NCBI GenBank assembly: GCA_963768055.1
Contig: CAVYGN010000001.1
Coordinates: 768,001-832,000 of the forward strand
Length of the DNA: 64,000 bases
Origin: an uncultured Spirochaetota bacterium
GTDB taxonomy: Bacteria > Spirochaetota > Brevinematia > Brevinematales > JAOACQ01
Direction of reading: 5' to 3'
Position 1 is the stretch's first letter; the number at the start of each line of letters is the position of its first letter. The translations under genes and the position numbers were made by a program. Shown in pieces: positions 46,985 through 56,229 of this stretch. The notes below the pieces were generated by a model. It did no database searches. It was not told where the DNA came from and saw nothing but the letters and a program-made list of their open reading frames with translations.

Positions 46985-47507
46985 GCCTGTTTACGACCTT
47001 CCATGTCCGGGCCGTGCCGGTAACACCGAGTATCTTCTCGAAGTTGACATTCCTTCTGGTCCCTGCAAATTCAATCGGATATTCATAGTATAGAACGTTT
47101 CCCTGGATACTGAAGCGGTATTCGTCGCCCTGCTTTTCCATAAGCGCGTCCCGATGCGCCTCATCCGGTTTTCCGGAAAGGAACATGATATGGCATTGTA
47201 TTGTATCCGGTCCTTCCGGTTTGAACGGGTTATCGGCGGCCGCTTTTTTCAAATTTTCAGGAGTAAGCACAAATGCAATAACTTCGTAGCCCAGGGATAG
47301 CAGAAGCTTGTCCTCGATCTGACATTTCAGCTTTCCTGTATCGGTTTCCTCGGATTTGAACAGGATATTTCCGCTCTGGATATATGTAAATACGTCTTTA
47401 AAGCCGTATGATTCGAACAGGAGTATCAGATCGTTCATCCTGATAACAGCGTTTCCTCCGACATTAACGGCGCGCAGCAGGGCGATATACTGGAAAATGT
47501 TTTGAAT
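46965..47507 (-). CDS. DUF1697 family protein, apparent ATT start
   Basis: The family N-terminal motif YIALLRAVNVGG lies in frame upstream of the called ATG (47438); also TYIQSGN and TARTW. Confidence 0.8.
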   Translation of the reverse strand: MQNIFQYIALLRAVNVGGNAVIRMNDLILLFESYGFKDVFTYIQSGNILFKSEETDTGKLKCQIEDKLLLSLGYEVIAFVLTPENLKKAAADNPFKPEGPDTIQCHIMFLSGKPDEAHRDALMEKQGDEYRFSIQGNVLYYEYPIEFAGTRRNVNFEKILGVTGTARTWKVVNRLIELTS

Positions 47508-47695
47508 ACGATCCCTCCGATTTATTATTTAATTATAAATATGAGTTGAAATTAAATCAACATGCTTAAACTTTTATAAAAGCTGACAAAACATAAGATA
47601 AAACAACATTCAATGCGAATGACATAACCCGGATGTTTAAGAATCGCTAATCTTCATCATTAAATGCATCTGAGCGATCTCAACAACGACTCCTT

Positions 47696-48550
47696 TTAAT
47701 ATTGCAATTTATTCATCCAATCGATAAAAACTTTTGAAACCTCGCTTATATGATTATTATAGCTGTGGTCGGCGCCTTCGATCATAAGTGTTTTGACGCC
47801 GGAGGAGGCTGCTGCGGCATTGCGTATAAAATCCAGTTCCTTTTCCGAACCCACCCAGCCCTCGCTGGTACCGTATACAGCCAGGAGAGGGCAGAGGATC
47901 CGGCCAATGTAGCCGCCTATCGATTTTCCTAACAAATAAGCATAGCTTAGATATGTCCGGGCGCTCAGTGTTTCGGCTCCTATATAGAAAGAGCCCCAGG
48001 GCAGAAGATCTCTGCCGCGGCCTTCGGCTGCCAGATTTTCGGCTTTCTCAAATATTTCCGGATCAGTGTTTCCGGCTCGCAGAGGGGGCGATGCGGCTAT
48101 CAGCCCTGCAACTCTCTCGTCCTTTTTTTCGGCCTGGTAATACATCGCTTTCAATGCCCCGAGGCTGTGTCCGATGATCATTATTTTGTTATGCCCTAAA
48201 TGAGCAGTAAAATCCATCCAGGCCGTTATATCCTCAAGAGATTCCTCGAAGATTTCCCAGCCGCCTCCGTAAAGCATCGGCACGCCTTTTGGCGAATAGT
48301 ATATAGAGCCGAAGTCATGGCCCCGGTTATTGCCTGTAATGAATGTATAACCGGCCGCCGCTATCTTCCGTCCGATCTGTACGGTGCTGTATTGATAATA
48401 ATTGCTGGAAAAACCATGAACCCATACGACCGCGGCAGATTTAATCGGGACTCCGGCCGGACGGATCAGCAGGCCCTCCTGGTAAAGGGCGTCGCTCGTC
48501 CGCGTGTAGACAAGATCTTCCGAATAATTAATGTTCATTCCGTAAAACAC
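47696..48550 (-). CDS. alpha/beta hydrolase (DUF1749-like)
   Basis: VHG, nucleophile GHSLG, GADH. Confidence 0.88.
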   Translation of the reverse strand: MFYGMNINYSEDLVYTRTSDALYQEGLLIRPAGVPIKSAAVVWVHGFSSNYYQYSTVQIGRKIAAAGYTFITGNNRGHDFGSIYYSPKGVPMLYGGGWEIFEESLEDITAWMDFTAHLGHNKIMIIGHSLGALKAMYYQAEKKDERVAGLIAASPPLRAGNTDPEIFEKAENLAAEGRGRDLLPWGSFYIGAETLSARTYLSYAYLLGKSIGGYIGRILCPLLAVYGTSEGWVGSEKELDFIRNAAAASSGVKTLMIEGADHSYNNHISEVSKVFIDWMNKLQY

Positions 48551-48653
48551 TCCGGGGCAGATAGCAAAATTCGAAGAACTTCCTGTTAAGATATTATATA
48601 ACTAAAATGAAATTATTTAAATATAATTGGAAATCCTGAAGTAGAAAATGACT

Positions 48654-49505
48654 CTATTTTTCCTTGAGTTTCGACTTTACTCTTGTCGCTATGAATTCAA
48701 GGACAACAGCAAAGGCCAGGATGAAGTAGGTAATAAGACCCACTTCATGCAGATCGAAATAAAACGTGCTGGACATGAATAAGTCGAAACCTATTCCGGC
48801 CGCCCCCGCCGCGGCCCCCATGGCAACAGCGTTTGAAAAATTCAACTCGAACCGCAGAAAGGTCCAGGACAACAGATATGTCGCCGATGAAGGGAGAACC
48901 GCCTGGAAAACTATATGCAGCCATCTTGCACCTGAGGCCTTCAGAGCGTCTATGACCCCCTTGTCAAGTTCCTCGTAGCACTCTGCATAGGCCTTGGTTA
49001 AATAACCGATCGAGTGGAAAGAGAGGCCTATTACAGCCGCCGTGCTGCCCAATCCTGCCGATACTGCGAAGATCAAGACCCAGAGTATGGAAGGAATGGC
49101 CCGTATAACCGCTACAAAAGCTTTGACAATGACTGTTACTCCTTTCGGGGACAGATTCTGAGCCCCCAGAAGACCAAGAAAAAGCGCAATAAAGCTGCTG
49201 AAGAGGGTAATGAGGATGGATAGTCCTATGGTTATAACTATTTCGACAAAAATATCTAGAATTGAAAGCCTGTAGGAGAAGGGATGAATGAAAATAGTCT
49301 TGAAGTTATTTAATGTATCCAGGACAGCGCCGGGAATATTGACGCTTCCGCCATCCAGGGTTAAAAGGCTGTATACTGTAATGGCAGCTAAGACCGCCAA
49401 TGTGAAACGGACAATGATCGTAGCGCGTGTCAGAGGTTTAATCAACCTCCCGGGTATTTTATTTTCAGGGCTTAGAGACTTCGCGGCTGCTTTTAAATCA
49501 GTCAT
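48654..49505 (-). CDS. phnE: phosphonate ABC transporter permease
   Basis: RAIP, G.G..A, E..EE.D.G...AL.A.GA, RFE.N, GAAGIG. Confidence 0.9.
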   Translation of the reverse strand: MTDLKAAAKSLSPENKIPGRLIKPLTRATIIVRFTLAVLAAITVYSLLTLDGGSVNIPGAVLDTLNNFKTIFIHPFSYRLSILDIFVEIVITIGLSILITLFSSFIALFLGLLGAQNLSPKGVTVIVKAFVAVIRAIPSILWVLIFAVSAGLGSTAAVIGLSFHSIGYLTKAYAECYEELDKGVIDALKASGARWLHIVFQAVLPSSATYLLSWTFLRFELNFSNAVAMGAAAGAAGIGFDLFMSSTFYFDLHEVGLITYFILAFAVVLEFIATRVKSKLKEK

Positions 49506-50287
49506 AGTATTTCCCTTCGAACGATGTTGGATATGGTTTCCATGGCAATGACAGTAATGACGGTGACTATTACAACAAGGCTTGCTACATGGTAATTGAA
49601 GGATTTGTAGTATACATCGAACAAAAAGCCTATGCCCGTACCTGTGAGAAATCCGACCAGTGTTGCATCGCGAATGTTCGTTTCAATCATGAAAAGAAGC
49701 CAGCTTACAACCTGGGGCATGCTTGACGGCAAAACCGCCTGGAAAATAATATGGTAATAAGCGGCTCCTGTTGCACGCAGAGCTTCTACTGTATTTTCGC
49801 CTACTTCATCGAGCGTTTCCATAAAGGCCCGGGTAAGAAATCCCAGAGAACCGAAAAACAGGGCCAGAAAGCCTGTAAGGGAGCTCTGGCTGAAGGCCAG
49901 CATAAGAACCATAGCCCAGGCCACGAGAGGCACGTTCCTGAAAAAAGAGCCTATGCCCCGGGCTAACGCTGTAAAAAATACGTGAACACGGGTGCTGCGC
50001 GACCCCAATAAGGCAAGCGCCATGGCAAAAACGGCAGCTACGACGCTCGAAGCAACAGACAGCAGGATTGTGTCCCTGAGCTTTATTAAAATATCGCCAA
50101 TCCTTGAAAACGAAGGGACGTCGGGATAAAAGTTTGATATGCCCCAGATAAAGGCCCTGTAAATACTGAGGAAGCCCCTGCCGGGGTCATATTGGGTAAT
50201 TATGATCGAACCTGCTGTAAGGACGGCTATCAGGGCAAAGACCAGGAGAGTGCTTTTCCTGCGTTTCGCGAAGATGTCAGCCTGCAT
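49502..50287 (-). CDS. phnE: phosphonate ABC transporter permease
   Basis: R.VP...WA, EAL.ATGA, ETNIR.AT.VG...GIG. Confidence 0.9.
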   Translation of the reverse strand: MQADIFAKRRKSTLLVFALIAVLTAGSIIITQYDPGRGFLSIYRAFIWGISNFYPDVPSFSRIGDILIKLRDTILLSVASSVVAAVFAMALALLGSRSTRVHVFFTALARGIGSFFRNVPLVAWAMVLMLAFSQSSLTGFLALFFGSLGFLTRAFMETLDEVGENTVEALRATGAAYYHIIFQAVLPSSMPQVVSWLLFMIETNIRDATLVGFLTGTGIGFLFDVYYKSFNYHVASLVVIVTVITVIAMETISNIVRREIL

Positions 50288-50289
50288 GA

Positions 50290-51090
50290 TTAAACTATCG
50301 CTTCGGTAAGGACGCCGCCTGTATCATGGTCATAGCTTTCTGCTATCTGTTCAGCGCCGTAAATCTCGGTGATCCGATTGCGGGAGAGCTGTGACGGAGG
50401 ACCGTCAAAGTGGATTGAGCCTTTGTTGAACCCGATGATCCGGTGGGAATAATTCAAAGCCACATTCACCTGGTGAAGGCTGATTATCAGGGTTATGCCC
50501 CGGTCCCGGCAAATATTCTTAAGATAGTCCATGATAATCTTTGATGAACCGGGATCCAGGGATGCAATGGGTTCGTCACAGAGTATCATCTTGGGGTTCT
50601 GTACCAGTGCTCTTGCAATACCTACTCTTTGTTTCTGGCCGCCGCTTAGCTGGTCACAGCGTTTGTGTATATGGTCTTCCATACCGAGAATTTCGAGAAT
50701 ATCCCATGCATCCTTTTTTTCCTTCACAGTATAACTGCCGAGGATACCTGAAAGGGTAGATTTATATCCGAGCCTGCCATGAAGTACATTTTCAATGACA
50801 GTCAGGCGCTCCACCAGATTGTGATGCTGAAAAATCATCCCGATTTTCGTTCTCACCTTCCTGAGTTCTGACTTTCGCAGTTTCGAAACTACAACACCGT
50901 TGAAGCAGATTTCCCCGTTCGTCGGATCGGTCATCCTGTTAATGCATCGGAGAAGAGTTGTTTTTCCCGAACCGGAAGCCCCTATAACTGAGACAAATTC
51001 CCCCTCTCTGACTGAGAAGCTTACATCAGCAAGGGCCGGTTTTGTTCCAAGAAAACACTTGGTTACATTTCTAAGTTCTAATAATACCAT
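50290..51090 (-). CDS. phnC: phosphonate ABC transporter ATP-binding protein
   Basis: GASGSGKT, GMIFQ..NLV.RL.V.ENVL.GRLG, LSGGQ.QRV.IAR, DEP.ASLDP. Confidence 0.95.
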   Translation of the reverse strand: MVLLELRNVTKCFLGTKPALADVSFSVREGEFVSVIGASGSGKTTLLRCINRMTDPTNGEICFNGVVVSKLRKSELRKVRTKIGMIFQHHNLVERLTVIENVLHGRLGYKSTLSGILGSYTVKEKKDAWDILEILGMEDHIHKRCDQLSGGQKQRVGIARALVQNPKMILCDEPIASLDPGSSKIIMDYLKNICRDRGITLIISLHQVNVALNYSHRIIGFNKGSIHFDGPPSQLSRNRITEIYGAEQIAESYDHDTGGVLTEAIV

Positions 51091-51115
51091 AAGCTCATCC
51101 TCCTGAAAATAGAGG

Positions 51116-51141
51116 AAGGGCGTCAGACAAGTGACGCCCTT
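51116..51141. terminator. stem-loop between phnD and phnC (partial terminator or mRNA stabiliser)
   Basis: AAGGGCGTCA-GACAAG-TGACGCCCTT perfect 10-bp stem. Confidence 0.7.
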
Positions 51142-51166
51142 TTTTAAACCAATTTAAATACAGATC

Positions 51167-52198
51167 TTATTTAAGCCCGAGAATTTCGCGCATCGTGTCG
51201 TAATCGGCATCGGTGATTTTGACGAAACGATGGGGCTGCATAAAGAGTCCCGCCATTGAAGAACCTTTTGGGCGGAACAGTAATTGATCGTCCTTAACCT
51301 TATCGTCAGTGAGGGCGGTTACTACCTTATCGATGGTTTCCTGGCTCAGGAAGGCGGCGTTGGCTTCGAGAGGGGTATTCAGCACGGGAATAACCTTGAT
51401 AATCACGAATTGAGCGCCGGCAAGGTCAGAGAAAGGTGCTGAAGCGTCTTTTTTAACCTTATAGACAGCGCCGGGCTGTTCGTCGGTTCCGGATGTGAGT
51501 TCGAGATAATTCTGCACATCGATGTCATCAACAGCTGAAACATCTACATTGCCTTTCAGCAGGTTGACAAGCGACAGCTGATGGGATCCTGAAAATACAA
51601 CCTGGCTGAAGAACTTTCCGGCTCCGCCCTGCATGAGGTCGTCCTTGGTAAGGCTCTTCCATTTGCTCTTTGTATGGAAAATGGCCAGGATAGCCGCGGA
51701 AGGCATGTTGAATCCGGATGTCGAACTTGTTGAAACAAATGATATTTTCTTTCCTGCGATGTTGTCGATGGAATAAGTATTTCCGGATTTGTATTTACCT
51801 TCATTCCCTTTTTTAACAAGAAGGCGGCTGTAATACAGCGCATCGCTTATAGTGCCCGATTTGCCGCTTTCAACTATAAGAGGAACAATATTGGTATCCC
51901 TTGCATGGCCGGTAATGTACTCGAAAGGCCCGAAGTAGCCCAATTGGGCGTCCCCCGATTCCAATGCCGCCATGGCGATATTGTAGTCGGTTGTCAGCTT
52001 ATCTACCACCTTGTAGCCAGTTGCATCGGTGATGATTTTTCCGAATTCGGCGCGCATGGCCTTTTCGTTGTCGCCCGAATTGTTGGGCAGCCAGGCCATT
52101 GTAATAACTTTTTGATTCGCACAGCCTGCAAACATTAAGGCCAGAAGAGATGCTGAGATAATACTTTTAAAAACTTTAGGGATCAGTTTCAAAACCAT
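51167..52198 (-). CDS. phnD: phosphonate ABC transporter substrate-binding lipoprotein
   Basis: Lipobox FAGC, DY....AL, GP..Y, STSSTSGF..P, GSH; RBS before the ATG at 52198. Confidence 0.92.
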   Translation of the reverse strand: MVLKLIPKVFKSIISASLLALMFAGCANQKVITMAWLPNNSGDNEKAMRAEFGKIITDATGYKVVDKLTTDYNIAMAALESGDAQLGYFGPFEYITGHARDTNIVPLIVESGKSGTISDALYYSRLLVKKGNEGKYKSGNTYSIDNIAGKKISFVSTSSTSGFNMPSAAILAIFHTKSKWKSLTKDDLMQGGAGKFFSQVVFSGSHQLSLVNLLKGNVDVSAVDDIDVQNYLELTSGTDEQPGAVYKVKKDASAPFSDLAGAQFVIIKVIPVLNTPLEANAAFLSQETIDKVVTALTDDKVKDDQLLFRPKGSSMAGLFMQPHRFVKITDADYDTMREILGLK

Positions 52199-52248
52199 TA
52201 TATCCTCCAAAATAATTTTTCTGATGAATTTCTATCATTTTTTTTAAC

Positions 52249-52379
52249 TATGACATCCTATTGTTTATTTGGCGTCAATTTCATGTTAATTTTCAGAGAA
52301 TTATTAATAATGGTCCGGGGCCGAAAATTCTCTGCAAATTAACATGAAATTAACTTCAATCAAACACAATTATGCCATA
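52249..52379. promoter_or_regulatory. symmetric divergent promoter with Pho-box-like 11-bp repeats
   Basis: 29-bp inverted repeat (52274-52302 vs 52326-52354, 27/29); each arm has TTAACA-like hexamers at 11-bp spacing, followed by TGnCATAnT. Confidence 0.75.
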
Positions 52380-52434
52380 TTAATCCAGTTTAAAAGCAAC
52401 AAAAATTCGTTCTAAATACAGGAGGTTCAGGCTG

Positions 52435-52854
52435 ATGGATGAAAATGCCAGGAATTGGGCAGAATGTCTGACTGACGCTGAAGCAGCCGATATACTCGGC
52501 TTGCTGGAAAAAAAAGAGGATTTAACTATTGGAGATAATGAGCAGGGGATGGTGATGCTGACTGCGAGGGACCCTTTCGGCTGTGATTTTTATGTAGGTG
52601 AAGTGCTTGTAACCGAGGCAGAGGCTGAATACGGGGCTTCGAAGGGCTACGGGATGGTTATGGGAAATAAAGCAGGGCAGGCAAGGGTTCTTGCGGTTTA
52701 TGATGTCGCATTAAGGTCGGGTGATAATGAACTGATCAAAATGATCTCAGAAAAAATGAAAACCGCACGGGAAAGATTTGAAGAAAGAATATCTATTGAA
52801 AGATCGATGACTGCCTCAACGAAGGTAGATTTCGGTTTAATGGCAGAGGGATAG
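52435..52854 (+). CDS. phnG: C-P lyase subunit PhnG
   Basis: GMVM..R...F..GEV.VT.A, G.G..G, T.V.F; operon position. Confidence 0.88.
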   Translation: MDENARNWAECLTDAEAADILGLLEKKEDLTIGDNEQGMVMLTARDPFGCDFYVGEVLVTEAEAEYGASKGYGMVMGNKAGQARVLAVYDVALRSGDNELIKMISEKMKTARERFEERISIERSMTASTKVDFGLMAEG

Positions 52855-52858
52855 GATC

Positions 52859-53413
52859 ATGGAGATCAGGGAAAAAAACAGGCTGACCCTTGATACTTTT
52901 AGAATTCTGATGCGGTCCATGGCTAACCCCGGGATGGTTATAAAGCTTCCGGGTGCAGGATTGGAAAAGGTATGCGAGGTTCTCCTGGACCATGAAGTCA
53001 GCTTCAGCGTTATCGGTTCCGGCGTTCATGACGGCCTTATCAGGAAAATATACGAGATCACTAAATCGGAGTATGTAAGGGCCGATACGGCCGATTACGT
53101 CATTGTCGCAGGCGGTTCAAGCTGCGGCGGCATTAAAAGCCTTAACAGGGGAACGCTTGATTTTCCGGACAAAGGGGCGACAGTCATTTACATGGTCCGG
53201 GAATTGGGGAATGGCGGACTTACCCTCGGCCTCAAAGGCCCCGGGATCGAATCTATAAGGGATTTAACAATAAATGGGGCGGATGCCGGGGATTTAATGG
53301 ATATAAAGGAAATGAATTCTGAATTTCCGCTTGGATTAGACCTTGTCCTGATAGATGATAATGGTTTTGCAAGTTCCATACCCCGTTCATCCTCCATTGA
53401 ATTTAAGGGGTAA
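52859..53413 (+). CDS. phnH: C-P lyase subunit PhnH
   Basis: FR.LM..MA.PG, LLD.E, GT...PD.GAT, L.GPGI, FPLG.D, IPRS. Confidence 0.92.
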   Translation: MEIREKNRLTLDTFRILMRSMANPGMVIKLPGAGLEKVCEVLLDHEVSFSVIGSGVHDGLIRKIYEITKSEYVRADTADYVIVAGGSSCGGIKSLNRGTLDFPDKGATVIYMVRELGNGGLTLGLKGPGIESIRDLTINGADAGDLMDIKEMNSEFPLGLDLVLIDDNGFASSIPRSSSIEFKG

Positions 53414-53416
53414 AGA

Positions 53417-54511
53417 ATGGGTTATGTCGCAGTTTCAGGCGGAAGAACAGCCATAGATAATGCCGAGAAATTTCTGAAGTTTCAAAGGTCTGCAAACTCA
53501 GCCGGCGGGTCTGATATTGAAGAGATAAAAAAATCCCTACACTTCCTGGTCGACAGGGTAATGGGCGAGGGTTCCCTTTATGCGCCTGACCTCGCAGCCC
53601 TTGCCGTTTTACAGTCTGCAGGAGATACTTTTGAGGCCTCTTTTATGATCAGGGCTTACAGGACAACACTGCCGAGGTTTTCCTATAGCCTCCCGGCAAA
53701 TACTTTGAATATGAGGGTGATACGAAGGATATCCTCGACGTTCAAGGATATACCCGGGGGCCAGTATCTCGGCCCGACAAGCGATTATACATTGAGGCTT
53801 CTCGATTTTGATATGATCGGTGAAGACTCTGTTATTTTTAAAAAAAACCTTGACGAGATAATGAAAAAAACCGGAATTGATGCTGCTGTACCGGAATCTT
53901 TCCCGGGGCTGGTCGATATCCTTCGCCGGGAAAACCTGATTACCAATAGTCTTTCTTCAAGTATTAAGGAAGCGGAATGTTTCGATGTGACCCGCGAGTC
54001 GCTGTCATTTCCTGCCCCAAGAAGCGCAGCTATGCAGACTATGGCCAGGGGAGAAACGGGCGGTATGCTGGCCCTTGCTTATTCGAACATGCGGGGTTAC
54101 GGATCTGCACACCCTACTATCGGGGAGCTCAGGGTCGGATACGTTCCCATGGAGATAAAACATCCTTATTCGGGCAAGGCTTGCAGGATCGGGGAAGTCC
54201 TTATGACAGAAGCCCAGATTATTTCAGATATGGATATGCAGGACGGGTCGCCGAAATTCGCCCTTGGCTACGGGCTGTGTTTCGGCCATAATGAAACGAA
54301 AGCTATCTCCATGGCTACTCTTGACCGTGGCATGCAGGCCGATATACCGCATTATCCCTCTGAAGATCAGGAATTCGTACTTCTGCATATTGACGGGATC
54401 GAAGCGATGGGTTTCGCCAACCATTTCAAACTGCCACATTATGTTACATTCCAATCGGCTCTTGACAGGCTGCGGGCTTCCCGGGATAAATCCGCTCTTA
54501 AAGGGGAATGA
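53417..54511 (+). CDS. phnI: C-P lyase subunit PhnI
   Basis: YVAV.GG, VMGEGSLY, RR.S..FKD.PGGQ.LG, ARGE.G, HFKLPHYV.FQS. Confidence 0.96.
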   Translation: MGYVAVSGGRTAIDNAEKFLKFQRSANSAGGSDIEEIKKSLHFLVDRVMGEGSLYAPDLAALAVLQSAGDTFEASFMIRAYRTTLPRFSYSLPANTLNMRVIRRISSTFKDIPGGQYLGPTSDYTLRLLDFDMIGEDSVIFKKNLDEIMKKTGIDAAVPESFPGLVDILRRENLITNSLSSSIKEAECFDVTRESLSFPAPRSAAMQTMARGETGGMLALAYSNMRGYGSAHPTIGELRVGYVPMEIKHPYSGKACRIGEVLMTEAQIISDMDMQDGSPKFALGYGLCFGHNETKAISMATLDRGMQADIPHYPSEDQEFVLLHIDGIEAMGFANHFKLPHYVTFQSALDRLRASRDKSALKGE

Positions 54512-54515
54512 AGCG

Positions 54516-55358
54516 ATGGAACTTAAATTTAATTTCGGCTTTCTGGATGAAAATGCCAAGCGCGAGATCAGGAGAAAAATTTTAAAGGCTATAGCCATAC
54601 CAGGCTACCAGGTTCCGTTCGGATCGAGGGAAATGCCTATAGCCAGGGGTTGGGGCACCGGCGGTCTCCAGATAACTTTATCGATTATCGGGCCTGAAGA
54701 TGTCCTGAAGGTAATAGACCAGGGAAGCGACGATAGCGTCAATGCGGTTAACATCAGGAAATTCATCGCTAAAGTAACAGGCGTCCGGACTACCGAAGAT
54801 ACATCAAAAGCTACCATCATTCAGACCAGGCACAGGATACCCGAGGAAAAACTTAATGAAAACCAGGTCCTTGTATTCCAGGTACCGTTGCCGGAACCCC
54901 TCAGGATCGTGGAACATTCGGAAAAGGAAACGCGCCGTATGCATGCCGAAGCCGATTACAGTTCAATGTGGCTGTATCTTTACGAGAGCATAATCAAGTT
55001 TGGCGAGATAACCCTCGGCGCAGGATATCCTGTAATGGTCAATTCGAGGTACCTGATGTCGCCGAGTCCCATTCCCAGGTTCGATATACCCAAGCTCAGC
55101 ATGGCGGAAACATTGTACCTGTTTTGCGCCGGGAGGGAAAAACGCATTTATGCCATTCCTCCCTATACATTCGTGGAGGGCATAGGATTTGAAGACCATC
55201 CCTTCCGTATTGAGGATTTCAAAGGGCAGACCTGCGATTTATGCGGAAGCTCGGGTACTTATCTTAATGAGATAATTGACAATGAAAGAGGCTCAAGGTC
55301 TTATCAATGCTCGGATACTTCCTGGTGCAGAAAAGTCATGGAAGGGAATAAAATATGA
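54516..55358 (+). CDS. phnJ: C-P lyase PhnJ (non-canonical radical SAM)
   Basis: AIPGYQVPF.SREMP..RGWGTGG, QTRHRIPE, C..C...CSDT..C; start moved to the ATG at 54516. Confidence 0.97.
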   Translation: MELKFNFGFLDENAKREIRRKILKAIAIPGYQVPFGSREMPIARGWGTGGLQITLSIIGPEDVLKVIDQGSDDSVNAVNIRKFIAKVTGVRTTEDTSKATIIQTRHRIPEEKLNENQVLVFQVPLPEPLRIVEHSEKETRRMHAEADYSSMWLYLYESIIKFGEITLGAGYPVMVNSRYLMSPSPIPRFDIPKLSMAETLYLFCAGREKRIYAIPPYTFVEGIGFEDHPFRIEDFKGQTCDLCGSSGTYLNEIIDNERGSRSYQCSDTSWCRKVMEGNKI

Positions 55359-56227
55359 GGCCAGTTTTAGAGATAAGAAACCTGACGAAAATCTACGGGA
55401 AAGGGTGCCCGGATTGCAGTAATTCCGGGAGTGAAAACGGCAACGGTAATATCTGTTCAAGCTGCCGGTCTGTGTCGGCATGCAAGGATGTTTCATTCAG
55501 CCTTTATGAAGGCGAGGTACTGGGCATTGTCGGCGAGAGCGGGTCGGGCAAGTCGACCCTATTGAAGATGCTTAATTTCGATGAGGAGCCGACCTGCGGC
55601 CTTATGGAGATTGATTCGGGATACCTGTCAAAATCCAGGATACCCGGGTACAGCCTTGATTTTGTAGGGAATGCGAACCTTTTCACTTTGAATCCTTTTA
55701 GAAAAAGGCTCCTCAGAAACCACCTGATGGGCATGGTTTATCAGAACCCGCACCTTGGTTTAAAGATGCATATTTCTTCAGGAGGAAATATAGGGGAAAG
55801 GCTTCTTATGGCCGGATGGAGAAACATCGGATCGATCCGGAGCAGGGCGTCGGAACTCCTTGTTAAGACTGAAGTTCCCCCGGAACGCATGGACGAGCCG
55901 CCTTCAAACTTCAGCGGCGGAATGCAGCAGAGGGTGCAGATCGCTAAAGCCCTTTCCAATAATCCGATAATCCTTTACCTTGACGAACCTACGACCGGCC
56001 TCGACCTTTCCGTCCAGGCACGTGTTCTCGACCTTGTCCGAAGCCTGCAAAAGGAATTGAAATTTTCCATGATCGTAGTTTCTCATGACCTGGGAATAAT
56101 CAGGCATCTTACGAGCCGCACTATCGTGATGAAAAACGGACGCATAGTCGAATCAGGTCTTACAGACCAGGTTCTCGAAGATCCCCAGCACCAGTACACA
56201 CAGCTCCTGGTCCATTCGAATTTATAG
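55355..56227 (+). CDS. phnK: C-P lyase ABC-type subunit PhnK
   Basis: GESGSGKS, G.V.QNP..GL, GGNI.ERL, FSGGMQQR.QIA, DQVL.DPQH.YTQLLV. Confidence 0.95.
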   Translation: MRPVLEIRNLTKIYGKGCPDCSNSGSENGNGNICSSCRSVSACKDVSFSLYEGEVLGIVGESGSGKSTLLKMLNFDEEPTCGLMEIDSGYLSKSRIPGYSLDFVGNANLFTLNPFRKRLLRNHLMGMVYQNPHLGLKMHISSGGNIGERLLMAGWRNIGSIRSRASELLVKTEVPPERMDEPPSNFSGGMQQRVQIAKALSNNPIILYLDEPTTGLDLSVQARVLDLVRSLQKELKFSMIVVSHDLGIIRHLTSRTIVMKNGRIVESGLTDQVLEDPQHQYTQLLVHSNL

Positions 56228-56229
56228 AG

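Noticed and set aside
54264..54515. N-terminal extension of phnJ in the ORF track (similar extensions at 38386, 14830, 31819, 36823, 60786)
   Set aside because: They overlap upstream genes, intergenic DNA or repeats; homology and RBS position support the downstream ATGs.
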